Part shown: one piece after another, positions 48,101 through 63,454 of the stretch
How the letters are laid out: every line of letters begins with the position of its first letter
Position numbering within the stretch: position 1 is the first letter of the stretch
Assembly (NCBI GenBank): GCA_032718475.1
Contig: JAUCBJ010004507.1
Location: forward strand, 34,704 to 98,703
Source of the DNA: Nemertoderma westbladi
Lineage: Eukaryota > Animalia > Xenacoelomorpha
Length of the DNA: 64,000 bases
Direction of reading: 5' to 3'
Notes under the pieces: model-generated
What the model saw: the letters and a program-made list of their open reading frames with translations, nothing else
The model's database searches: none
What the model was told of the DNA's origin: nothing
Program-made: the position numbers and the translations under genes

Positions 48101-51100
48101 TATTGCGCTATGTGCTCCAGGTTTGTTTTTATTTATTGCGCTATGTGCTCCAGGTTTGTTGTTATTTATTGCGCTATGTGCTCCAGGTTTGTTATTTATT
48201 GCGCTATGTGCTCCAGGTTTGTTGTTATTTATTGCGCTATGTGCTCCAGGTTTGTTGTTATTTATTGCGCTATGTGCTCCAGGTTTGTTGTTATTTATTG
48301 CGCTATGTGCTCCAGGTTTGTTGTTATTTATTGCGCTATTTGCTCCAGGTTTGTTGTTATTTATTGCGCTATGTGCTCCAGGTTTGTTGTTATTTATTGC
48401 GCTATGTGCTCCAGGTTTGTTGTTATTTATTACGCTATGTGCTCCAGGTTTGTTGTTATTTATTGCGCTATGTGCTCCAGGTTTGTTGTTATTTATTGCG
48501 CTATGTGCTCCTGGTTTGTTGTTATTTATTGCGTTATGTGCTCCAGGTTTGTTGTTATTTATTGCGTTATGTGCTCCAGGTTTGTTGTTATTTATTGCGC
48601 TATGTGCTCCAGGTTTGTTGTTATTTATTGCGCTATGTGCTCCAGGTTTGTTGTTATTTATTGCGCTATTTGCTCCAGGTTTGTTGTTATTTATTGCGCT
48701 ATGTGCTCCAGGTTTGTTGTTATTTATTGCGCTATGTGCTCCAGGTTTGTTGTTATTTATTACGCTATGTGCTCCAGGTTTGTTGTTATTTATTGCGCTA
48801 TGTGCTCCAGGTTTGTTGTTATTTATTGCGCTATGTGCTCCTGGTTTGTTGTTATTTATTGCGTTATGTGCTCCAGGTTTGTTGTTATTTATTGCGTTAT
48901 GTGCTCCAGGTTTGTTTTTATTTATTGCGCTATGTGCTCCAGGTTTGTTGTTATTTATTGCGCTATGTGCTCCAGGCTTGTTATATATTGCGCTATGTGA
49001 TCCAGGTTTGTTGTTATTTATTGCGTTATGTGCTCCAGGTTTGTTGTTATTTATTGCGTTATGTGCTCCAGGTTTGTTTTTATTTATTGCGCTATGTGCT
49101 CCAGGTTTGTTGTTATTTATTGCGCTATGTGCTCCAGGTTTGTTGTTATTTATTGCGCTATGTGCTCCAGGCTTGTTATATATTGCGCTATGTGATCCAG
49201 GTTTGTTGTTATTTATTGCGTTATGTGCTCCAGGTTTGTTGTTATTTATTGCGTTATGTGCTCCAGGTTTGTTTTTATTTATTGCGCTATGTGCTCCAGG
49301 TTTGTTGTTATTTATTGCGCTATGTGCTCCAGGCTTGTTATATATTGCGCTATGTGATCCAGGTTTGTTGTTATTTATTGCGTTATGTGCTCCAGGTTTG
49401 TTGTTATTTATTGCGTTATGTGCTCCAGGTTTGTTTTCATTTATTGCGCTATGTGCTCCAGGCTTGTTATATATTGCGCTATGTGATCCAGGTTTGTTGT
49501 TATTTATTGCGTTATGTGCTCCAGGTTTGTTTTTATTTATTGCGCTATGTGCTCCAGGTTTGTTGTTATTTATTGCGCTATGTGCTCCAGGCTTGTTATA
49601 TATTGCGCTATGTGATCCAGGTTTGTTGTTATTTATTGCGTTATGTGCTCCAGGTTTGTTGTTATTTATTGCGCTATGTGCTCCAGGTTTGTTGTTATTT
49701 ATTGCGCTATGTGCTCCAGGCTTGTTATATATTGCGCTATGTGATCCAGGTTTGTTGTTATTTATTGCGTTATGTGCTCCAGGTTTGTTGTTATTTATTG
49801 CGCTATGTGCTCCAGGTTTGTTGTTATTTATTGCGCTATGTGCTCCAGGTTTGTTGTTATTTATTGCGCTATGTGCTCCAGGCTTGTTTTTATTTATTGC
49901 GCTATGTGCTCCAGGTTTGTTGTTATTTATTGCGCTATGTGCTCCAGGCTTGTTATATATTGCGCTATGTGATCCAGGTTTGTTGTTATTTATTGCGTTA
50001 TGTGCTCCAGGTTTGTTGTTATTTATTGCGTTATGTGCTCCAGGTTTGTTTTTATTTATTGCGCTATGTGCTCCAGGTTTGTTGTTATTTATTGCGCTAT
50101 GTGCTCCAGGCTTGTTATATATTGCGCTATGTGATCCAGGTTTGTTGTTATTTATTGCGTTATGTGCTCCAGGTTTGTTGTTATTTATTGCGTTATGTGC
50201 TCCAGGTTTGTTTTCATTTATTGCGCTATGTGCTCCAGGTTTGTTGTTATTTATTGCGCTATGTGCTCCAGGCTTGTTATATATTGCGCTATGTGATCCA
50301 GGTTTGTTGTTATTTATTGCGCTATGTGATCCAGGTTTGTTTTTATTTATTGCGCTATGTGCTCCAGGTTTGTTGTTATTTATTGCGCTATGTGCTCCAG
50401 GTTTGTTGTTATTTATTGCGCTATGTGCTCCAGGTTTGTTGTTATTTATTGCGCTATGTGCTCCAGGTTTGTTGTTATTTATTGCGCTATGTGCTCCAGG
50501 TTTGTAGTTATTTATTGCGCTATGTGCTCCTGGTTTGTTGTTATTTATTGCGCTATGTGCTCCAGGTTTGTTTTTATTTATTGCGTTATGTGCTCCAGGT
50601 TTGTTGTTATTTATTGCGCTATGTGCTCCAGGTTTGTTGTTATTTATTGCGCTATGTGCTCCTGGTTTGTTGTTATTTATTGCGCTATGTGCTCCTGGTT
50701 TGTTGTTATTTATTGCGCTATGTGCTCCAGGTTTGTTGTTATTTATTGCGCTATGTGCTCCAGGTTTGTTTTTATTTATTGCGTTATGTGCTCCAGGTTT
50801 GTTGTTATTTATTGCGCTATGTGCTCCTGGTTTGTTGTTATTTATTGCGCTATGTGCTCCAGGTTTGTTGTTATTTATTGCGCTATGTGCTCCTGGTTTG
50901 TTGTTATTTATTGCGCTATGTGCTCCTGGTTTGTTGTTATTTATTGCGCTATGTGCTCCAGGTTTGTTGTTATTTATTGCGCTATGTGCTCCAGGTTTGT
51001 AGTTATTTATTGCGCTATGTGCTCCTGGTTTGTTGTTATTTATTGCGCTATGTGCTCCAGGTTTGTTGTTATTTATTGCGCTATGTGCTCCAGGTTTGTT

Positions 51101-54100
51101 GTTATTTATTGCGCTATGTGCTCCAGGTGTGTTGTTATTTATTGCGCTATGTGCTCCAGGTTTGTTGTTATTTATTGCGCTATGTGCTCCAGGTTTGTTG
51201 TTATTTATTGCGCTATGTGCTCCAGGTTTGTTGTTATTTATTGCGCTATGTGCTCCAGGTTTGTTTTTATTTATTGCGTTATGTGCTCCAGGTTTGTTGT
51301 TATTTATTGCGCTATGTGCTCCAGGTTTGTTGTTATTTATTGCGCTATTTGCTCCAGGTTTGTTGTTATTTATTGCGCTATGTGCTCCAGGTTTGTTGTT
51401 ATTTATTGCGCTATGTGCTCCAGGTTTGTTATTTATTGCGCTATGTGCTCCAGGTTTGTTTTTATTTATTGCGTTATGTGCTCCAGGTTTGTTGTTATTT
51501 ATTGCGCTATGTGCTCCAGGTTTGTTTTTATTTATTGCGCTATGTGCTCCAGGTTTGTTGTTATTTATTGCGCTATGTGCTCCAGGTTTGTTGTTATTTA
51601 TTGCGCTATTTGCTCCAGGTTTGTTGTTATTTATTGCGCTATGTGCTCCAGGTTTGTTGTTATTTATTGCGCTATGTGCTCCAGGTTTGTTGTTATTTAT
51701 TGCGCTATGTGCTCCAGGCTTGTTATATATTGCGCTATGTGCTCCAGGTTTGTTGTTATTTATTGCGCTATGTGCTCCAGGTTTGTTGTTATTTATTGCG
51801 CTATGTGCTCCAGGTTTGTTGTTATTTATTGCGCTATGTGCTCCAGGTTTGTTATTTATTGCGCTATGTGCTCCAGGTTTGTTTTTATTTATTGCGTTAT
51901 GTGCTCCAGGTTTGTTGTTATTTATTGCGCTATGTGCTCCAGGTTTGTTTTTATTTATTGCGCTATGTGCTCCAGGTTTGTTGTTATTTATTGCGCTATG
52001 TGCTCCAGGTTTGTTGTTATTTATTGCGCTATTTGCTCCAGGTTTGTTGTTATTTATTGCGCTATGTGCTCCAGGTTTGTTGTTATTTATTGCGCTATGT
52101 GCTCCAGGTTTGTTGTTATTTATTGCGCTATGTGCTCCAGGCTTGTTATATATTGCGCTATGTGCTCCAGGTTTGTTGTTATTTATTGCGCTATTTGCTC
52201 CAGGTTTGTTGTTATTTATTGCGCTATGTGCTCCAGGTTTGTTGTTATTTATTGCGCTATGTGCTCCAGGTTTGTTGTTATTTATTGCGCTATGTGCTCC
52301 AGGTTTGTTGTTATTTATTGCGCTATGTGCTCCAGGTTTGTTATTTATTGCGCTATGTGCTCCAGGTTTGTTTTTATTTATTGCGTTATGTGCTCCAGGT
52401 TTGTTGTTATTTATTGCGCTATGTGCTCCAGGTTTGTTTTTATTTATTGCGCTATGTGCTCCAGGTTTGTTGTTATTTATTGCGCTATGTGCTCCAGGTT
52501 TGTTGTTATTTATTGCGCTATGTGCTCCAGGTTTGTTGTTATTTATTGCGCTATGTGCTCCAGGTTTGTTGTTATTTATTGCGCCATGTGCTCCAGGTTT
52601 GTTGTTATTTATTGCGCTATGTGCTCCAGGTTTGTTGTTATTTATTGCGCTATGTGCTCCAGGTTTGTTGTTATTTATTGCGCTATGTGCTCCAGGTTTG
52701 TTGTTATTTATTGCGCTATGTGCTCCAGGTTTGTTGTTATTTATTGCGCTATGTGCTCCAGGTTTGTTGTTATTTATTGCGCTATGTGCTCCAGGTTTGT
52801 TGTTATTTATTGCGCTATGTGCTCCAGGTTTGTTTTTATTTATTGCGCTATGTGCTCCAGGTTTGTTTTTATTTATTGCGTTATGTGCTCCAGGTTTGTT
52901 GTTATTTATTGCGCTATGTGCTCCAGGTTTGTTTTTATTTATTGCGCTATGTGCTCCAGGTTTGTTGTTATTTATTGCGCTATGTGCTCCAGGTTTGTTG
53001 TTATTTATTGCGCTATTTGCTCCAGGTTTGTTGTTATTTATTGCGCTATGTGCTCCAGGTTTGTTGTTATTTATTGCGCTATGTGCTCCAGGTTTGTTTT
53101 TATTTATTGCGCTATGTGCTCCAGGTTTGTTGTTATTTATTGCGCTATGTGCTCCAGGTTTGTTGTTATTTATTGCGCTATTTGCTCCAGGTTTGTTGTT
53201 ATTTATTGCGCTATGTGCTCCAGGTTTGTTGTTATTTATTGCGCTATGTGCTCCAGGTTTGTTGTTATTTATTGCGCTATGTGCTCCAGGCTTGTTATAT
53301 ATTGCGCTATGTGCTCCAGGTTTGTTGTTATTTATTGCGCTATTTGCTCCAGGTTTGTTGTTATTTATTGCGCTATGTGCTCCAGGTTTGTTGTTATTTA
53401 TTGCGCTATGTGCTCCAGGTTTGTTGTTATTTATTGCGCTATGTGCTCCAGGTTTGTTGTTATTTATTGCGCTATGTGCTCCAGGTTTGTTATTTATTGC
53501 GCTATGTGCTCCAGGTTTGTTGTTATTTATTGCGCTATGTGCTCCAGGTTTGTTGTTATTTATTGCGCTATGTGCTCCAGGTTTGTTGTTATTTATTGCG
53601 CTATGTGCTCCAGGTTTGTTATTTATTGCGCTATGTGCTCCAGGTTTGTTGTTATTTATTGCGCTATGTGCTCCAGGTTTGTTGTTATTTATTGCGCTAT
53701 GTGCTCCAGGTTTGTTTTTATTTATTGCGCTATGTGCTCCAGGTTTGTTGTTATTTATTGCGCTATGTGCTCCAGGTTTGTTTTTATTTATTGCGCTATG
53801 TGCTCCAGGTTTGTTGTTATTTATTGCGCTATGTGCTCCAGGTTTGTTGTTATTTATTGCGCTATGTGCTCCAGGTTTGTTGTTATTTATTGCGCTATGT
53901 GCTCCAGGTTTGTTGTTATTTATTGCGCCATGTGCTCCAGGTTTGTTGTTATTTATTGCGCTATGTGCTCCAGGTTTGTTGTTATTTATTGCGCTATGTG
54001 CTCCAGGTTTGTTGTTATTTATTGCGCTATGTGCTCCAGGTTTGTTGTTATTTATTGCGCTATGTGCTCCAGGTTTGTTGTTATTTATTGCGCTATGTGC

Positions 54101-57100
54101 TCCAGGTTTGTTGTTATTTATTGCGCTATGTGCTCCAGGTTTGTTGTTATTTATTGCGCTATGTGCTCCAGGTTTGTTGTTATTTATTGCGCTATGTGCT
54201 CCAGGTTTGTTGTTATTTATTGCGCTATGTGCTCCAGGTTTGTTTTTATTTATTGCGTTATGTGCTCCAGGTTTGTTGTTATTTATTGCGCTATGTGCTC
54301 CAGGTTTGTTTTTATTTATTGCGCTATGTGCTCCAGGTTTGTTGTTATTTATTGCGCTATGTGCTCCTGGTTTGTTGTTATTTATTGCGCTATGTGCTCC
54401 TGGTTTGTTGTTATTTATTGCGCTATGTGCTCCAGGTTTGTTGTTATTTATTGCGCTATGTGCTCCAGGTTTGTAGTTATTTATTGCGCTATGTGCTCCT
54501 GGTTTGTTGTTATTTATTGCGCTATGTGCTCCAGGTTTGTTGTTATTTATTGCGCTATGTGCTCCAGGTTTGTTGTTATTTATTGCGCTATGTGCTCCAG
54601 GTTTGTTGTTATTTATTGCGCTATGTGCTCCAGGTTTGTTGTTATTTATTGCGCTATGTGCTCCAGGTTTGTTGTTATTTATTGCGCTATGTGCTCCAGG
54701 TTTGTTATTTATTGCGCTATGTGCTCCAGGTTTGTTTTTATTTATTGCGTTATGTGCTCCAGGTTTGTTGTTATTTATTGCGCTATGTGCTCCAGGTTTG
54801 TTTTTATTTATTGCGCTATGTGCTCCAGGTTTGTTGTTATTTATTGCGCTATGTGCTCCAGGTTTGTTGTTATTTATTGCGCTATGTGCTCCAGGTTTGT
54901 TGTTATTTATTGCGCTATGTGCTCCAGGTTTGTTGTTATTTATTGCGCTATGTGCTCCAGGTTTGTTGTTATTTATTGCGCTATGTGCTCCAGGTTTGTT
55001 GTTATTTATTGCGCTATGTGCTCCAGGTTTGTTGTTATTTATTGCGCTATGTGCTCCAGGTTTGTTGTTATTTATTGCGCTATGTGCTCCAGGTTTGTTG
55101 TTATTTATTGCGCTATGTGCTCCAGGTTTGTTGTTATTTATTGCGCTATGTGCTCCAGGTTTGTTGTTATTTATTGCGCTATGTGCTCCAGGTTTGTTGT
55201 TATTTATTGCGCTATGTGCTCCAGGTTTGTTGTTATTTATTGCGCTATGTGCTCCAGGTTTGTTGTTATTTATTGCGCTATGTGCTCCAGGTTTGTTGTT
55301 ATTTATTGCGCTATGTGCTCCAGGTTTGTTGTTATTTATTGCGCTATGTGCTCCAGGTTTGTTGTTATTTATTGCGCTATGTGCTCCAGGTTTGTTTTAT
55401 TTATTGCGCTATGTGCTCCAGGTTTGTTGTTATTTATTGCGCTATGTGCTCCAGGTTTGTTGTTATTTATTGCGCTATGTGCTCCAGGTTTGTTGTTATT
55501 TATTGCGCTATGTGCTCCAGGTTTGTTGTTATTTATTGCGCTATGTGCTCCAGGTTTGTTGTTATTTATTGCGCTATGTGCTCCAGGTTTGTTGTTATTT
55601 ATTGCGCTATGTGCTCCAGGTTTGTTGTTATTTATTGCGCTATGTGCTCCAGGTTTGTTGTTATTTATTGCGCTATGTGCTCCAGGTTTGTTGTTATTTA
55701 TTGCGCTATGTGCTCCAGGTTTGTTGTTATTTATTGCGCTATGTGCTCCAGGTTTGTTGTTATTTATTGCGCTATGTGCTCCAGGTTTGTTGTTATTTAT
55801 TGCGCTATGTGCTCCAGGTTTGTTGTTATTTATTGCGCTATGTGCTCCAGGTTTGTTGTTATTTATTGCGCTATGTGCTCCAGGTTTGTTGTTATTTATT
55901 GCGCTATGTGCTCCAGGTTTGTTGTTATTTATTGCGCTATGTGCTCCAGGTTTGTTGTTATTTATTGCGCTATGTGCTCCAGGTTTGTTGTTATTTATTG
56001 CGCTATGTGCTCCAGGTTTGTTGTTATTTATTGCGCTATGTGCTCCAGGTTTGTTGTTATTTATTGCGCTATGTGCTCCAGGTTTGTTGTTATTTATTGC
56101 GCTATGTGCTCCAGGTTTGTTGTTATTTATTGCGCTATGTGCTCCAGGTTTGTTTTTATTTATTGCGTTATGTGCTCCAGGTTTGTTGTTATTTATTGCG
56201 CTATGTGCTCCAGGTTTGTTTTTATTTATTGCGCTATGTGCTCCAGGTTTGTTGTTATTTATTGCGCTATGTGCTCCAGGTTTGTTGTTATTTATTGCGC
56301 TATGTGCTCCAGGTTTGTTGTTATTTATTGCGCTATGTGCTCCAGGTTTGTTGTTATTTATTGCGCTATGTGCTCCAGGTTTGTTGTTATTTATTGCGCT
56401 ATGTGCTCCAGGTTTGTTGTTATTTATTGCGCTATGTGCTCCAGGTTTGTTGTTATTTATTGCGCTATGTGCTCCAGGTTTGTTGTTATTTATTGCGCTA
56501 TGTGCTCCAGGTTTGTTGTTATTTATTGCGCTATGTGCTCCAGGTTTGTTGTTATTTATTGCGCTATGTGCTCCAGGTTTGTTGTTATTTATTGCGCTAT
56601 GTGCTCCAGGTTTGTTGTTATTTATTGCGCTATGTGCTCCAGGTTTGTTGTTATTTATTGCGCTATGTGCTCCAGGTTTGTTGTTATTTATTGCGCTATG
56701 TGCTCCAGGTTTGTTGTTATTTATTGCGCTATGTGCTCCAGGTTTGTTGTTATTTATTGCGCTATGTGCTCCAGGTTTGTTGTTATTTATTGCGCTATGT
56801 GCTCCAGGTTTGTTGTTATTTATTGCGCTATGTGCTCCAGGTTTGTTGTTATTTATTGCGCTATGTGCTCCAGGTTTGTTGTTATTTATTGCGCTATGTG
56901 CTCCAGGTTTGTTGTTATTTATTGCGCTATGTGCTCCAGGTTTGTTGTTATTTATTGCGCTATGTGCTCCAGGTTTGTTGTTATTTATTGCGCTATGTGC
57001 TCCAGGTTTGTTGTTATTTATTGCGCTATGTGCTCCAGGTTTGTTGTTATTTATTGCGCTATGTGCTCCAGGTTTGTTGTTATTTATTGCGCTATGTGCT

Positions 57101-60100
57101 CCAGGTTTGTTGTTATTTATTGCGCTATGTGCTCCAGGTTTGTTGTTATTTATTGCGCTATGTGCTCCAGGTTTGTTGTTATTTATTGCGCTATGTGCTC
57201 CAGGTTTGTTGTTATTTATTGCGCTATGTGCTCCAGGTTTGTTGTTATTTATTGCGCTATGTGCTCCAGGTTTGTTGTTATTTATTGCGCTATGTGCTCC
57301 AGGTTTGTTGTTATTTATTGCGCTATGTGCTCCAGGTTTGTTGTTATTTATTGCGCTATGTGCTCCAGGTTTGTTGTTATTTATTGCGCTATGTGCTCCA
57401 GGTTTGTTGTTATTTATTGCGCTATGTGCTCCAGGTTTGTTGTTATTTATTGCGCTATGTGCTCCAGGTTTGTTGTTATTTATTGCGCTATGTGCTCCAG
57501 GTTTGTTGTTATTTATTGCGCTATGTGCTCCAGGTTTGTTGTTATTTATTGCGCTATGTGCTCCAGGTTTGTTGTTATTTATTGCGCTATGTGCTCCAGG
57601 TTTGTTGTTATTTATTGCGCTATGTGCTCCAGGTTTGTTGTTATTTATTGCGCTATGTGCTCCAGGTTTGTTGTTATTTATTGCGCTATGTGCTCCAGGT
57701 TTGTTGTTATTTATTGCGCTATGTGCTCCAGGTTTGTTGTTATTTATTGCGCTATGTGCTCCAGGTTTGTTGTTATTTATTGCGCTATGTGCTCCAGGTT
57801 TGTTGTTATTTATTGCGCTATGTGCTCCAGGTTTGTTGTTATTTATTGCGCTATGTGCTCCAGGTTTGTTGTTATTTATTGCGCTATGTGCTCCAGGTTT
57901 GTTGTTATTTATTGCGCTATGTGCTCCAGGTTTGTTGTTATTTATTGCGCTATGTGCTCCAGGTTTGTTGTTATTTATTGCGCTATGTGCTCCAGGTTTG
58001 TTGTTATTTATTGCGCTATGTGCTCCAGGTTTGTTGTTATTTATTGCGCTATGTGCTCCAGGTTTGTTGTTATTTATTGCGCTATGTGCTCCAGGTTTGT
58101 TGTTATTTATTGCGCTATGTGCTCCAGGTTTGTTGTTATTTATTGCGCTATGTGCTCCAGGTTTGTTGTTATTTATTGCGCTATGTGCTCCAGGTTTGTT
58201 GTTATTTATTGCGCTATGTGCTCCAGGTTTGTTGTTATTTATTGCGCTATGTGCTCCAGGTTTGTTGTTATTTATTGCGCTATGTGCTCCAGGTTTGTTG
58301 TTATTTATTGCGCTATGTGCTCCAGGTTTGTTGTTATTTATTGCGCTATGTGCTCCAGGTTTGTTGTTATTTATTGCGCTATGTGCTCCAGGTTTGTTGT
58401 TATTTATTGCGCTATGTGCTCCAGGTTTGTTGTTATTTATTGCGCTATGTGCTCCAGGTTTGTTGTTATTTATTGCGCTATGTGCTCCAGGTTTGTTGTT
58501 ATTTATTGCGCTATGTGCTCCAGGTTTGTTGTTATTTATTGCGCTATGTGCTCCAGGTTTGTTGTTATTTATTGCGCTATGTGCTCCAGGTTTGTTGTTA
58601 TTTATTGCGCTATGTGCTCCAGGTTTGTTGTTATTTATTGCGCTATGTGCTCCAGGTTTGTTGTTATTTATTGCGCTATGTGCTCCAGGTTTGTTGTTAT
58701 TTATTGCGCTATGTGCTCCAGGTTTGTTGTTATTTATTGCGCTATGTGCTCCAGGTTTGTTGTTATTTATTGCGCTATGTGCTCCAGGTTTGTTGTTATT
58801 TATTGCGCTATGTGCTCCAGGTTTGTTGTTATTTATTGCGCTATGTGCTCCAGGTTTGTTGTTATTTATTGCGCTATGTGCTCCAGGTTTGTTGTTATTT
58901 ATTGCGCTATGTGCTCCAGGTTTGTTGTTATTTATTGCGCTATGTGCTCCAGGTTTGTTGTTATTTATTGCGCTATGTGCTCCAGGTTTGTTGTTATTTA
59001 TTGCGCTATGTGCTCCAGGTTTGTTGTTATTTATTGCGCTATGTGCTCCAGGTTTGTTGTTATTTATTGCGCTATGTGCTCCAGGTTTGTTGTTATTTAT
59101 TGCGCTATGTGCTCCAGGTTTGTTGTTATTTATTGCGCTATGTGCTCCAGGTTTGTTGTTATTTATTGCGCTATGTGCTCCAGGTTTGTTGTTATTTATT
59201 GCGCTATGTGCTCCAGGTTTGTTGTTATTTATTGCGCTATGTGCTCCAGGTTTGTTGTTATTTATTGCGCTATGTGCTCCAGGTTTGTTGTTATTTATTG
59301 CGCTATGTGCTCCAGGTTTGTTGTTATTTATTGCGCTATGTGCTCCAGGTTTGTTGTTATTTATTGCGCTATGTGCTCCAGGTTTGTTGTTATTTATTGC
59401 GCTATGTGCTCCAGGTTTGTTGTTATTTATTGCGCTATGTGCTCCAGGTTTGTTGTTATTTATTGCGCTATGTGCTCCAGGTTTGTTGTTATTTATTGCG
59501 CTATGTGCTCCAGGTTTGTTGTTATTTATTGCGCTATGTGCTCCAGGTTTGTTGTTATTTATTGCGCTATGTGCTCCAGGTTTGTTGTTATTTATTGCGC
59601 TATGTGCTCCAGGTTTGTTGTTATTTATTGCGCTATGTGCTCCAGGTTTGTTGTTATTTATTGCGCTATGTGCTCCAGGTTTGTTGTTATTTATTGCGCT
59701 ATGTGCTCCAGGTTTGTTGTTATTTATTGCGCTATGTGCTCCAGGTTTGTTGTTATTTATTGCGCTATGTGCTCCAGGTTTGTTGTTATTTATTGCGCTA
59801 TGTGCTCCAGGTTTGTTGTTATTTATTGCGCTATGTGCTCCAGGTTTGTTGTTATTTATTGCGCTATGTGCTCCAGGTTTGTTGTTATTTATTGCGCTAT
59901 GTGCTCCAGGTTTGTTGTTATTTATTGCGCTATGTGCTCCAGGTTTGTTGTTATTTATTGCGCTATGTGCTCCAGGTTTGTTGTTATTTATTGCGCTATG
60001 TGCTCCAGGTTTGTTGTTATTTATTGCGCTATGTGCTCCAGGTTTGTTGTTATTTATTGCGCTATGTGCTCCAGGTTTGTTGTTATTTATTGCGCTATGT

Positions 60101-63100
60101 GCTCCAGGTTTGTTGTTATTTATTGCGCTATGTGCTCCAGGTTTGTTGTTATTTATTGCGCTATGTGCTCCAGGTTTGTTGTTATTTATTGCGCTATGTG
60201 CTCCAGGTTTGTTGTTATTTATTGCGCTATGTGCTCCAGGTTTGTTGTTATTTATTGCGCTATGTGCTCCAGGTTTGTTGTTATTTATTGCGCTATGTGC
60301 TCCAGGTTTGTTGTTATTTATTGCGCTATGTGCTCCAGGTTTGTTGTTATTTATTGCGCTATGTGCTCCAGGTTTGTTGTTATTTATTGCGCTATGTGCT
60401 CCAGGTTTGTTGTTATTTATTGCGCTATGTGCTCCAGGTTTGTTGTTATTTATTGCGCTATGTGCTCCAGGTTTGTTGTTATTTATTGCGCTATGTGCTC
60501 CAGGTTTGTTGTTATTTATTGCGCTATGTGCTCCAGGTTTGTTGTTATTTATTGCGCTATGTGCTCCAGGTTTGTTGTTATTTATTGCGCTATGTGCTCC
60601 AGGTTTGTTGTTATTTATTGCGCTATGTGCTCCAGGTTTGTTGTTATTTATTGCGCTATGTGCTCCAGGTTTGTTGTTATTTATTGCGCTATGTGCTCCA
60701 GGTTTGTTGTTATTTATTGCGCTATGTGCTCCAGGTTTGTTGTTATTTATTGCGCTATGTGCTCCAGGTTTGTTGTTATTTATTGCGCTATGTGCTCCAG
60801 GTTTGTTGTTATTTATTGCGCTATGTGCTCCAGGTTTGTTGTTATTTATTGCGCTATGTGCTCCAGGTTTGTTGTTATTTATTGCGCTATGTGCTCCAGG
60901 TTTGTTGTTATTTATTGCGCTATGTGCTCCAGGTTTGTTGTTATTTATTGCGCTATGTGCTCCAGGTTTGTTGTTATTTATTGCGCTATGTGCTCCAGGT
61001 TTGTTGTTATTTATTGCGCTATGTGCTCCAGGTTTGTTGTTATTTATTGCGCTATGTGCTCCAGGTTTGTTGTTATTTATTGCGCTATGTGCTCCAGGTT
61101 TGTTGTTATTTATTGCGCTATGTGCTCCAGGTTTGTTGTTATTTATTGCGCTATGTGCTCCAGGTTTGTTGTTATTTATTGCGCTATGTGCTCCAGGTTT
61201 GTTGTTATTTATTGCGCTATGTGCTCCAGGTTTGTTGTTATTTATTGCGCTATGTGCTCCAGGTTTGTTGTTATTTATTGCGCTATGTGCTCCAGGTTTG
61301 TTGTTATTTATTGCGCTATGTGCTCCAGGTTTGTTGTTATTTATTGCGCTATGTGCTCCAGGTTTGTTGTTATTTATTGCGCTATGTGCTCCAGGTTTGT
61401 TGTTATTTATTGCGCTATGTGCTCCAGGTTTGTTGTTATTTATTGCGCTATGTGCTCCAGGTTTGTTGTTATTTATTGCGTTATGTGCTCCAGGTTTGTT
61501 GTTATTTATTGCGCTATGTGCTCCAGGTTTGTTGTTATTTATTGCGCTATGTGCTCCAGGTTTGTTGTTATTTATTGCGCTATGTGCTCCAGGTTTGTTG
61601 TTATTTATTGCGCTATGTGCTCCAGGTTTGTTGTTATTTATTGCGCTATGTGCTCCAGGTTTGTTGTTATTTATTGCGCTATGTGCTCCAGGTTTGTTGT
61701 TATTTATTGCGCTATGTGCTCCAGGTTTGTTGTTATTTATTGCGCTATGTGCTCCAGGTTTGTTGTTATTTATTGCGCTATGTGCTCCAGGTTTGTTGTT
61801 ATTTATTGCGCTATGTGCTCCAGGTTTGTTGTTATTTATTGCGCTATGTGCTCCAGGTTTGTTGTTATTTATTGCGCTATGTGCTCCAGGTTTGTTGTTA
61901 TTTATTGCGCTATGTGCTCCAGGTTTGTTGTTATTTATTGCGCTATGTGCTCCAGGTTTGTTGTTATTTATTGCGCTATGTGCTCCAGGTTTGTTGTTAT
62001 TTATTGCGCTATGTGCTCCAGGTTTGTTGTTATTTATTGCGCTATGTGCTCCAGGTTTGTTGTTATTTATTGCGCTATGTGCTCCAGGTTTGTTGTTATT
62101 TATTGCGCTATGTGCTCCAGGTTTGTTGTTATTTATTGCGCTATGTGCTCCAGGTTTGTTGTTATTTATTGCGCTATGTGCTCCAGGTTTGTTGTTATTT
62201 ATTGCGCTATGTGCTCCAGGTTTGTTGTTATTTATTGCGCTATGTGCTCCAGGTTTGTTGTTATTTATTGCGCTATGTGCTCCAGGTTTGTTGTTATTTA
62301 TTGCGCTATGTGCTCCAGGTTTGTTGTTATTTATTGCGCTATGTGCTCCAGGTTTGTTGTTATTTATTGCGCTATGTGCTCCAGGTTTGTTGTTATTTAT
62401 TGCGCTATGTGCTCCAGGTTTGTTGTTATTTATTGCGCTATGTGCTCCAGGTTTGTTGTTATTTATTGCGCTATGTGCTCCAGGTTTGTTGTTATTTATT
62501 GCGCTATGTGCTCCAGGTTTGTTGTTATTTATTGCGCTATGTGCTCCAGGTTTGTTGTTATTTATTGCGCTATGTGCTCCAGGTTTGTTGTTATTTATTG
62601 CGCTATGTGCTCCAGGTTTGTTGTTATTTATTGCGCTATGTGCTCCAGGTTTGTTGTTATTTATTGCGCTATGTGCTCCAGGTTTGTTGTTATTTATTGC
62701 GCTATGTGCTCCAGGTTTGTTGTTATTTATTGCGCTATGTGCTCCAGGTTTGTTGTTATTTATTGCGCTATGTGCTCCAGGTTTGTTGTTATTTATTGCG
62801 CTATGTGCTCCAGGTTTGTTGTTATTTATTGCGCTATGTGCTCCAGGTTTGTTGTTATTTATTGCGCTATGTGCTCCAGGTTTGTTGTTATTTATTGCGC
62901 TATGTGCTCCAGGTTTGTTGTTATTTATTGCGCTATGTGCTCCAGGTTTGTTGTTATTTATTGCGCTATGTGCTCCAGGTTTGTTGTTATTTATTGCGCT
63001 ATGTGCTCCAGGTTTGTTGTTATTTATTGCGCTATGTGCTCCAGGTTTGTTGTTATTTATTGCGCTATGTGCTCCAGGTTTGTTGTTATTTATTGCGCTA

Positions 63101-63454
63101 TGTGCTCCTGGTTTGTTGTTATTTATTGCGCTATGTGCTCCAGGTTTGTTGTTATTTATTGCGCTATGTGCTCCAGGTTTGTTGTTATTTATTGCGCTAT
63201 GTGCTCCAGGTTTGTTGTTATTTATTGCGCTATGTGCTCCAGGTTTGTTGTTATTTATTGCGCTATGTGCTCCAGGTTTGTTGTTATTTATTGCGCTATG
63301 TGCTCCAGGTTTGTTGTTATTTATTGCGCTATGTGCTCCAGGTTTGTTGTTATTTATTGCGCTATGTGCTCCAGGTTTGTTGTTATTTATTGCGCTATGT
63401 GCTCCAGGTTTGTTGTTATTTATTGCGCTATGTGCTCCAGGTTTGTTGTTATTT
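48101..63454. repeat. 33-bp satellite (TATTGCGCTATGTGCTCCAGGTTTGTTGTTATT)n, about 15.3 kb
   Basis: 33-bp periodicity, some 30-bp variants, highly homogeneous right half. Confidence 0.99.

Noticed and set aside
36469-63454. Causal link between the PRDM9-like gene and neighbouring minisatellite instability
   Set aside because: The protein lacks a DNA-binding zinc-finger array, and proximity alone is not evidence.
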